DNA from: Camelus dromedarius
Lineage: Eukaryota
Assembly (NCBI RefSeq): GCF_036321535.1
Contig: NC_087436.1
Span: forward strand, 496,001 to 560,000
Length of the DNA stretch: 64,000 nucleotides
Reading direction: 5' to 3'
Both the position numbers and the translations under genes were made by a program. This document shows, in pieces, positions 54,001 through 64,000 of this stretch (its first letter is position 1; each line of letters begins with the position of its first letter). The notes below the pieces were generated by a model. It ran no database searches. It saw only the letters and a program-made list of their open reading frames with translations, and had not been told where the DNA came from.

Positions 54001-57000
54001 GCACCAAGGGAACGGGTTGCAGGAGACACTTTTTCTCTGCTTCCTCAGTCTGTTTCCTAGTGCCGGTTTGAAGTTCCTGCAGTTTTCACTGTAAAACCGA
54101 GTTGGAGCTTGTACCTACCCATATATATGTATGGAATGGAGTTTGCAACTGAAAAGAAACTCTGTGTTCCCAACAAGCTAGGTGAAGGACGGCTTTCACA
54201 CACACTTATCTCTCAGAACTGAGCAAGTGGAGAGACGTTCGTTCATCTAGCACCAAGGGAACGGGTTGCAGGAGACACTTTTTCTCTGTTTTCTCAGTCT
54301 GTTTCCTAGTGCCGGTTTGAAGTTCCTGCAGTTTTCACTGTGAATTCGAGTTGGAGCTTCTACCTCCCCATATATATGTATGGAATGGAGTTTGCAACTG
54401 AAAAGTAACTTTGTGTTCCCTACAAGCAAGGTGAAGGACGGCTTTCACACACACTTATCTTTCAGAACTGAGCAAGTGGAGAGACGTTCGTTCATCTAGC
54501 ACCAAGGGAACGGGTTGCAGGAGACACTTTTTCTCTGCTTTCTCAGTCTGTTTCCTAGTGCCGGTTTTAAGTTCCTGCAGTTTTCACTGTAAAACCGTGT
54601 TGGAGTTTCTACCGCCCCATATATATGTATGGAATGGAGTTTGCAACTGAAAAGAAACTTTGTGTTCCCAACAAGCAAGGTGAAGGACGGCTTTCACACA
54701 CACTTATCTCTCAGAACTGAGCAAGTGGAGAGACGTTCGTTCATCTAGCACCAAGGGAACGGGTTGGAGGAGACACTTTTTCTCTGCTTCCTCAGTCTGT
54801 TTCCTAGTGCCGGTTTGAAGTTCCTGCAGTTTTCACTGTAAAACAGAGTTGGAGCTAGTAATTCCCCATATATATGTATGGAATGGAGTTTGCAACTGAA
54901 AAGAAACTTTGTGTTCCCAACAAGCTAGGTGAAGGACGGCTTTCACACACACTTATCTCTCAGAACTGAGCAAGTGGAGAGACGTTCGTTCATCTAGCAC
55001 CAAGGGAACGGGTTGCAGGAGACACTTTTTCTCTGCTTTCTCAGTCTCTTTCCTAGTGCCGGTTTGAAGTTCCTGCAGTTTTCACTGTCAAACCGTGTTG
55101 GAGCTAGTAATTCCCCATATATATGTATGGAATGGAGTTTGCAACTGAAAAGAAACTTTGTGTTCCCAACAAGCTAGGTGAAGGACGGCTTTCACACACA
55201 CTTATCTCTCAGAACTGAGCAAGTGGAGAGACGTTCGTTCATGTAGCACCAAGGGAACGGGTTGCAGGAGACACTTTTTCTCTGCTTTCTCAGTCTGTTT
55301 CCTAGTGCCGGTTTGAAGTTCCTGCAGTTTTCACTGTGAATTCGAGTTGGAGCTTCTACCTCCCCATATATATGTATGGAATGGAGTTGGCAACAGAAAA
55401 GAAACTTTGTGTTCCCTACAAGCAAGGTGAAGGACGGCTTTCACACACACATATATCTCAGAACTGAGCAAGTGGAGAGACGTTCGTTCATCTAGCACCA
55501 AGGGAACGGGTTGCAGGAGACACTTTTTCTCTGCTTTCTCAGTCTGTTTCCTAGTGCCGGTTTGAAGTTCCTGCAGTTTTCACTGTAAAACCGTGTTGGA
55601 GTTTCTACCGCCCCATATATATGTATGGAATGGAGTTTGCAACTGAAAAGTAACTTTGTGTTCCCTACAAGCAAGGTGAAGGACGGCTTTCACACACACT
55701 TATCTTTCAGAACTGAGCAAGTGGAGAGACGTTCGTTCATCTAGCACCAAGGGAACGGGTTGCAGGAGACACTTTTTCTCTGCTTTCTCAGTCTGTTTCC
55801 TAGTGCCGGTTTAAAGTTCCTGCAGTTTTCACTGTAAAACCGTGTTGGAGTTTCTACCGCCCCATATATATGTATGGAATGGAGTTTGCAACTGAAAAGA
55901 AACTTTGTGTTCCCAACAAGCTAGTTGAAGGACGGTTTTCACACACACTTATCTCTCAGAACTGAGCAAGTGGAGAGACGTTCGTTCATCTAGCACCAAG
56001 GGAACGGGTTGCAGGAGACACTTTTTCTCTGCTTTCTCAGTCTGTTTCCTAGTGCCGGTTTAAAGTTCCTGCAGTTTTCACTGTAAAACAGAGTTGGAGC
56101 TAGTAATTCCCCATATATATGTATGGAATGGAGTTTGCAACTGAAAAGAAACTTTGTGTTCCCAACAAGCTAGTTGAAGGACAGCTTTCACACACACTTA
56201 TCTCTCAGAACTGAGCAAGTGGAGAGACGTTCGTTCATGTAGCACAAAGGGAACGGGTTGCAGGAGACACTTTTTCTCTGCTTTCTCAGTCTGTTTCCTA
56301 GTGCCGGTTTGAAGTTCCTGCAGTTTTCACTGTGAATTCGAGTTGGAGCTTCTACCTCCCCATATATATGTATGGAATGGAGTTGGCAACTGAAAAGAAA
56401 CTTTGTGTTCCCTACAAGCAAGGTGAAGGACGGCTTTCACACACACTTATCTTTCAGAACTGAGCAAGTGGAGAGACGTTCGTTCATCTAGCACCAAGGG
56501 AACGGGTTGCAGGAGACACTTTTTCTCTGTTTTCTCAGTCTGTTTCCTAGTGCCGGTTTGAAGTTCCTGCAGTTTTCACTGTGAATTCGAGTTGGAGCTT
56601 CTACCTCCCCATATATATGTATGGAATGGAGTTTGCAACTGAAAAGAAACTTTGTGTTCCCAACAAGCAAGGTGAAGGACGGCTTTCACACACACTTATC
56701 TCTCAGAACTGAGCAAGTGGAGAGACGTTCGTTCATCTAGCACCAAGTGAACGGGTTGCAGGAGACACTTTTTCTCTGCTTTCTCAGTCTGTTTCCTAGT
56801 GCCGGTTTTAAGTTCCTGCAGTTTTCACTGTAAAACCGTGTTGGAGTTTCTACCGCCCCATATATATGTATGGAATGGAGTTTGCAACTGAAAAGAAACT
56901 TTGTGTTCCCAACAAGCAAGGTGAAGGACGGTTTTCACACACACTTATCTCTCAGAACTGAGCAAGTGGAGAGACGTTCGTTCATCTAGCACCAAGGGAA

Positions 57001-60000
57001 CGGGTTGGAGGAGACACTATTTCTCTGCTTTCTCAGTCTTTTTCCTAGTGCCGGTTTGAAGTTCCTGCAGTTTTCACTGTAAAACAGAGTTGGAGCTAGT
57101 AATTCCCCATATATATGTATGGAATGGAGTTTGCAACTGAAAAGAAACTTTGTGTTCCCAACAAGCTAGTTGAAGGACGGCTTTCACACACACTTATCTC
57201 TCAGAACTGAGCAAGTGGAGAGACGTTCGTTTATGTAGCACCAAGGGAACGGGTTGCAGGAGACACTTTTTCTCTGCTTTCTCAGTCTGTTTCCTAGTGC
57301 CGGTTTGAAGTTCCTGCAGTTTTCAATGTCAAACCGTGTTGGAGCTAGTACCTCCCCATATATATGTATGGAATGGAGTTGGCAACAGAAAAGAAACTTT
57401 GTGTTCCAAACAAGCTAGTTGAAGGACGGCTTTCACACACACATATATCTCAGAACTGAGCAAGTGGAGAGACGTTCGTTCATCTAGCACCAAGGGAACG
57501 GGTTGCAGGAGACACTTTTTCTCTGCTTCCTCAGTCTGTTTCCTAGTGCCGGTTTGAAGTTCCTGCAGTTTTCACTGTAAAACCGAGTTGGAGCTTGTAC
57601 CTCCCCATATATATGTATGGAATGGAGTTTGCAACTGAAAAGAAACTTTGTGTTCCCAACAAGCTAGGTGAAGGACGGCTTTCACACACACGTATCTCTC
57701 AGAACTGAGCAAGTGTAGAGACGTTCGTTCATCCAGCACCAAGGGAACGGGTTGCAGGAGACACTTTTTCTCTGCTTTCTCAGTCTGTTTCCTAGTGCCG
57801 GTTTGAAGTTCCTGCAGTTATCACTGTAAAACAGAGTTGGAGCTTGTACCTCCCCATATATACGTATGGAATGGAGTTTGCAACTGAAAAGAAACTTTGT
57901 GTTCCCAAAAAGCTAGGTGAAGGACGGCTTTCACACACACTTATCTCTCCGAACTGAGCAAGTGGAGAGACGTTCGTTCATCTAGCACCAAGGGAACGGG
58001 TTGCAGGAGACACTTTTTCTCTGTTTTCTCAGTCTGTTTCCTAGTGCCGGTTTGAAGTTCCTGCAGTTTTCACTGTGAAATCGAGTTGGAGCTTCTACCT
58101 CCCCATATATATGTATGGAATGGAGTTTGCAACTGAAAAGAAACTTTGTGTTCCCAACAAGCTAGGTGAAGGACGGCTTTCACACACACTTATCTCTCCG
58201 AACTGAGCAAGTGGAGAGACGTTCGTTCATCTAGCACCAAGTGAACGGGTTGCAGGAGACACTTTTTCTCTGCTTTCTCAGTCTGTTTCCTAGTGCCGGT
58301 TTGAAGTTCCTGCAGTTTTCACTGTCAAACCGAGTTGGAGCTAGTACCTCCCCATATATATGTATGGAATGGAGTTTGCAACTGAAAAGAAACTTTGTGT
58401 TCCCAACAAGCTAGGTGAAGGACGGCTTTCACACACACTTATCTCTCAGAACAGAGCAAGTGGAGAGACGTTCGTTCATCTAGCACCAAGGGAACGGGTT
58501 GCAGGAGTCACTTTTTCTCTGCTTTCTCAGTCTGTTTCCTAGTGCCGGTTTGAAGTTCCTGCAGTTTTCACTGTCAATCCGAGTTGGAGCTAGTACCTCC
58601 CCGTATATATGTATGGAATGGAGTTTGCAACTGAAAAGAAACTTTGTGTTCCCAACAAGCTAGGTGAAGGACGGCTTTCACACACATTTATCTCTCAGAA
58701 CTGAGCAAGTGGAGAGACGTTCGTTCATCTAGCACCAAGGGAACGGGTTGCAGGAGACACTTTTTCTCTGCTTTCTCAGTCTGTTTCCTAGTGCCGGTTT
58801 GAAGTTCCTGCAGTTTTCACTGTCAAACCGAGTTGGAGCTAGTACCTCCCCATATATATGTATGGATTGGAGTTGGCAACTGAAAAGAAACTTTCTGTTC
58901 CAAACAAGCTAGTTGAAGGACGGCTTTCACACACACATATCTTTCAGAACTGAGCAAGTGGAGAGACGTTCGTTCATCTAGCACCAAGGGAACGGGTTGC
59001 AGGAGACACTTTTTCTCTGCTTTCTCAGTCTGTTTCCTAGTGCCGGTTTGAAGTTCCTGCAGTTTTCACTGTAAAACCGAGTTGGAGCTAGTACCTCCCC
59101 ATATATATGTATGGATTGGAGTTGGCAACTGAAAAGAAACTTTGTGTTCCAAACAAGCTAGTTGAAGGACGGCTTTCACACACACATATCTCTCAGAACT
59201 GAGCAAGTGGAGAGACGTTCGTTCATCTAGCACCAAGGGAACGGGTTGCAGGAGACACTTTTTCTCTGCTTCCTCAGTCTGTTTCCTAGTGCCGGTTTGA
59301 AGTTCCTGCAGTTTTCACTGTAAAACCGAGTTGGAGCTTGTACCTACCCATATATATGTATGGAATGGAGTTTGCAACTGAAAAGAAACTCTGTGTTCCC
59401 AACAAGCTAGGTGAAGGACGGCTTTCACACACACTTATCTCTCAGAACTGATCAAGTGGAGAGACGTTCGTTCATCTAGCACCAAGGGAACGGGTTGCAG
59501 GAGACACTTTTTCTCTGTTTTCTCAGTCTGTTTCCTAGTGCCGGTTTGAAGTTCCTGCAGTTTTCACTGTGAATTCGAGTTGGAGCTTCTACCTCCCCAT
59601 ATATATGTATGGAATGGAGTTTGCAACTGAAAAGTAACTTTGTGTTCCCTACAAGCAAGGTGAAGGACGGCTTTCACACACACTAATCTTTCAGAACTGA
59701 GCAAGTGGAGAGACGTTCGTTCATCTAGCACCAAGTGAACGGGTTGCAGGAGACACTTTTTCTCTGCTTTCTCAGTCTGTTTCCTAGTGCCGGTTTTAAG
59801 TTCCTGCAGTTTTCACTGTAAAACCGTGTTGGAGTTTCTACCGCCCCATATATATGTATGGAATGGAGTTTGCAACTGAAAAGAAACTTTGTGTTCCCAA
59901 CAAGCAAGATGAAGGACGGTTTTCACACACACTTATCTCTCAGAACTGAGCAAGTGGAGAGACGTTCGTTCATCTAGCACCAAGGGAACGGGTTGGAGGA

Positions 60001-63000
60001 GACACTTTTTCTCTGCTTTCTCAGTCTTTTTCCTAGTGCCGGTTTGAAGTTCCTGCAGTTTTCACTGTAAAACAGAGTTGGAGCTAGTAATTCCCCATAT
60101 ATATGTATGGAATGGAGTTTGCAACTGAAAAGAAACTTTGTGTTCCCAACAAGCTAGTTGAAGGACGGCTTTCACACACACTTATCTCTCAGAACTGAGC
60201 AAGTGGAGAGACGTTCGTTCATGTAGCACAAAGGGAACGGGTTGCAGGAGACACTTTTTCTCTGCTTTCTCAGTCTGTTTCCTAGTGCCGGTTTGAAGTT
60301 CCTGCAGTTTTCACTGTCAAACCGTGTTGGAGCTAGTACCTCCCCATATATATGTATGGAATGGAGTTGGCAACAGAAAAGAAACTTTGTGTTCCAAACA
60401 AGCTAGTTGAAGGACGGCTTTCACACACACATATATCTCAGAACTGAGCAAGTGGAGAGACGTTCGTTCATCTAGCACCAAGGGAACGGGTTGCAGGAGA
60501 CACTTTTTCTCTGTTTTCTCAGTCTGTTTCCTAGTGCCGGTTTGAAGTTCCTGCAGTTTTCACTGTGAATTCGAGTTGGAGCTTCTACCTCCCCATATAT
60601 ATGTATGGAATGGAGTTTGCAACTGAAAAGTAACTTTGTGTTCCCTACAAGCAAGGTGAAGGACGGCTTTCACACACACTTATCTTTCAGAACTGAGCAA
60701 GTGGAGAGACGTTCGTTCATCTAGCACCAAGTGAACGGGTTGCAGGAGACACTTTTTCTCTGCTTTCTCAGTCTGTTTCCTAGTGCCGGTTTTAAGTTCC
60801 TGCAGTTTTCACTGTAAAACCGTGTTGGAGTTTCTACCGCCCCATATATATGTATGGAATGGAGTTTGCAACTGAAAAGAAACTTTGTGTTCCCAACAAG
60901 CAAGGTGAAGGACGGTTTTCACACACACATATCTCTCAGAACTGAGCAAGTGGAGAGACGTTCGTTCATCTAGCACCAAGGGAACGGGTTGGAGGAGACA
61001 CTTTTTCTCTGCTTTCTCAGTCTTTTTCCTAGTGCCGGTTTGAAGTTCCTGCAGTTTTCACTGTAAAACAGAGTTGGAGCTAGTAATTCCCCATATATAT
61101 GTATGGAATGGAGTTTGCAACTGAAAAGAAACTTTGTGTTCCCAACAAGCTAGTTGAAGGACGGCTTTCACACACACTTATCTCTCAGAACTGAGCAAGT
61201 GGAGAGACGTTCGTTCATGTAGCACAAAGGGAACGGGTTGCAGGAGACACTTTTTCTCTGCTTTCTCAGTCTGTTTCCTAGTGCCGGTTTGAAGTTCCTG
61301 CAGTTTTCACTGTCAAACCGTGTTGGAGCTAGTACCTCCCCATATATATGTATGGAATGGAGTTGGCAACAGAAAAGAAACTTTGTGTTCCAAACAAGCT
61401 AGTTGAAGGACGGCTTTCACACACACATATATCTCAGAACTGAGCAAGTGGAGAGACGTTCGTTCATCTAGCACCAAGGGAACGGGTTGCAGGAGACACT
61501 TTTTCTCTGCTTCCTCAGTCTGTTTCCTAGTGCCGGTTTGAAGTTCCTGCAGTTTTCACTGTAAAACCGAGTTGGAGCTTGTACCTCCCCATATATATGT
61601 ATGGAATGGAGTTTGCAACTGAAAAGAAACTTTGTGTTCCCAACAAGCTAGGTGAAGGACGGCTTTCACACACACGTATCTCTCAGAACTGAGCAAGTGT
61701 AGAGACGTTCGTTCATCCAGCACCAAGGGAACGGGTTGCAGGAGACACTTTTTCTCTGCTTTCTCAGTCTGTTTCCTAGTGCCGGTTTGAAGTTCCTGCA
61801 GTTATCACTGTAAAACAGAGTTGGAGCTTGTACCTCCCCATATATACGTATGGAATGGAGTTTGCAACTGAAAAGAAACTTTGTGTTCCCAAAAAGCTAG
61901 GTGAAGGACGGCTTTCACACACACTTATCTCTCAGAACTGAGCAAGTGGAGAGACGTTCGTTCATCTAGCACCAAGGGAACGGGTTGCAGGAGACACTTT
62001 TTCTCTGTTTTCTCAGTCTGTTTCCTAGTGCCGGTTTGAAGTTCCTGCAGTTTTCACTGTGAAATCGAGTTGGAGCTTGTACCTCCCCATATATATGTAT
62101 GGAATGGAGTTTGCAACTGAAAAGAAACTTTGTGTTCCCAACAAGCTAGGTGAAGGACGGCTTTCACACACACTTATCTCTCCGAACTGAGCAAGTGGAG
62201 AGACGTTCGTTCATCTAGCACCAAGTGAACGGGTTGCAGGAGACACTTTTTCTCTGCTTTCTCAGTCTGTTTCCTAGTGCCGGTTTGATGTTCCTGCAGT
62301 TTTCACTGTCAAACCGAGTTGGAGCTAGTACCTCCCATATATATGTATGGAATGGAGTTTGCAACTGAAAAGAAACTTTGTGTTCCCAACAAGCTAGGTG
62401 AAGGACGGCTTTCACACACACTTATCTCTCAGAACTGAGCAAGTGGAGAGACGTTCGTTCATGTAGCACCAAGGGAACGGGTTGCAGGAGACACTTTTTC
62501 TCTGCTTTCTCAGTCTGTTTCCTAGTGCCGATTTGAAGTTCCTGCAGTTTTCACTGTAAAACCGAGTTGGAGCTAGTACCTCCCCATATATATGTATGGA
62601 ATGGAGTTTGCAACTGAAAAGAAACTTTGTGTTCCCAACAAGCTAGGTGAAGGACGGCTTTCACACACACTTATTTCCCAGAACTGAGCAAGTGGAGAGA
62701 CGTTCGTTCATCTAGCACCAAGGAAACGGGTTGCAGGAGACACTTTTTCTCTGCTTTCTCTGTCTGTTTCCTAGTGCCGGTATGAAGTTCCTGCAGTTTT
62801 CACTGTAAAACCGAGTTGGAGCTTGTACCTCCCCATATATATGTATGGAATGGAGTTTGCAACTGAAAGGAAACTTTGTGTTCCCAACAAGATAGGTGAA
62901 GGACGGCTTTCACACACACTTATCTCTCAGAACTGAGCAAGTGGAGAGACGTTCGTTCATCTAGCACCAAGGGAACGGGTTGCAGGGGACACTTTTTCTC

Positions 63001-64000
63001 TGCTTTCTCAGTCTGTTTCCTAGTGCCGGTTTGAAGTTCCTGCAGTTTTCACTGTCAAACCGAGTTGGAGCTTCTACCACCCCATATATATGTAAGGAAT
63101 GGAGATTGCAACTGAAAAGAAACTTTGTGTTCCCAACAAGATAGGTGAAGGACGGCTTTCACACACACTTATCTCTCAGAAATGAGCAAGTGGAGAGACG
63201 TTCGTTCATCTAGCACCAAGGGAACGGGTTGCAGGAGACACTTTTTCTCTGCTTTCTCAGTCTGTTTCCTAGTGCCGGTTTGAAGTTCCTGCAGTTTTCA
63301 CTGTCAAACCGAGTTGGAGCTAGTACCTCCCCATATATATGTATGGAATGGAGTTTGCAACTGAAAAGAAACTTTGTGTTCCCAACAAGCTAGGTGAAGG
63401 ACGGCTTTCACACACACTTATCTCTCAGAACAGAGCAAGTGGAGAGACGTTCGTTCATCTAGCACCAAGGGAACGGGTTGCAGGAGTCACTTTTTCTCTG
63501 CTTTCTCAGTCTGTTTCCTAGTGCCGTTTTGAAGTTCCTGCAGTTTTCACTGTCAAACCGAGTTGGAGCTAGTACCTCCCCATATATATGTATGGAATGG
63601 AGTTTGCAACTGAAAAGAAACTGTGTTCCCAACAAGCTAGGTGAAGGACGGCTTTCACACGCACATATCTCTCAGAACTGAGCAAGTGGAGAGACGTTCG
63701 TTCATCTAGCACCAAGGGAACGGGTTGCAGGAGACACTTTTTCTCTGCTTCCTCAGTCTGTTTCCTAGTGCCGGTTTGAAGTTCCTGCAGTTTTCACTGT
63801 CAAACCGAGTTGGAGCTTCTACCTCCCCATATATATGTATGGAATGGAGTTTGCAACTGAAAAGAAACTTTGTGTTCCCAACAAGCTAGGTGAAGGACGG
63901 CTTTCACACGCACTTATCTCTCAGAACTGAGCAAGTGGAGAGACGTTCGTTCATCTAGCACCAAGGGACCGGTTTGCAGGAGACACTTTTTCTCTGCTTC
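51100..64000 (+). repeat. Higher-order block 5: recurrence and expansion of the 27.6-33 kb monomer series (EcoRI-bearing subfamily)
   Basis: Variants tgtgaattcgag, gtttctaccgcccc, ctagtaattcccc and gggttggagg are shared with 28.9-30 kb. ORF offsets are 30600 (28876/59476, 29125/59725) and 31098 (31117/62215, 32241/63339, 32380/63478). Confidence 0.88.

Larger units (their letters stand above)
7780..64000 (+). repeat. Homogeneous tandem satellite array, 249-bp monomer, ~225 copies, running off the window end; centromeric-type
   Basis: Monomer anchors fall at 10178, 10427, 10676, 10925, 11174, 11423, 11672 and 11921, exactly 249 bp apart. Consensus: tctcagaactgagcaagtggagagacgttcgttcatctagcaccaagggaacgggttgcaggagacactttttctctgctttctcagtctgtttcctagtgccggtttgaagttcctgcagttttcactgt(a/c/g)aaaccgagttggagct(ag/tg/tc)tacctccccatatatatgtatggaatggagtttgcaactgaaaagaaactttgtgttcccaacaagctaggtgaaggacggctttcacacacacttatc. 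Nearly every monomer carries a PstI site. No insertions were seen. Confidence 0.99.

Noticed and set aside
10192..63681. About 100 repeated short ORFs (60-137 aa) as a tandem gene family
   Set aside because: 249 is divisible by 3, so frames recur in every monomer. The frames shown are interrupted by stops in the consensus, ORFs appear only where a point variant removes a stop or creates an alternative start, and they overlap on both strands.
7780..64000. CRISPR array
   Set aside because: The whole 249-bp unit repeats with no unique spacers, no cas genes are present, and the context is eukaryotic.
7780..64000. Primate alpha satellite or a 5S/tRNA gene array
   Set aside because: Only short words resemble alpha satellite (tctcagaa, aaactttgtg) and the unit is not 171 bp. 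No 5S or tRNA sequence was recognised.

Overview
This window contains no supportable genes. It reads as the edge of a eukaryotic, probably mammalian, (peri)centromere-type satellite array. About 2.6 kb of unique AT-rich flank, with a (CA)n microsatellite, is followed by nested layers of one ~249-bp satellite family. The first layer (~2.62-5.25 kb) is diverged, lies on the minus strand and has alternating A/B monomers. A clean inversion breakpoint at ~5253 leads into the same dimeric layer on the plus strand (~5.25-6.96 kb), then about three heavily decayed monomers (~6.96-7.78 kb). A homogeneous array of roughly 225 head-to-tail 249-bp monomers runs from ~7.78 kb to the window end. Shared variants divide that array into successive local higher-order duplications: 9/12-mer, a 26-mer with a nested 6-mer, 12/15/14-mer and 16-mer. 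The 27.6-33 kb segment recurs ~23 kb and ~31 kb downstream. The short ORFs in the array are by-products of a monomer length divisible by 3. I cannot name the species or the satellite family, and centromeric function is inferred only.
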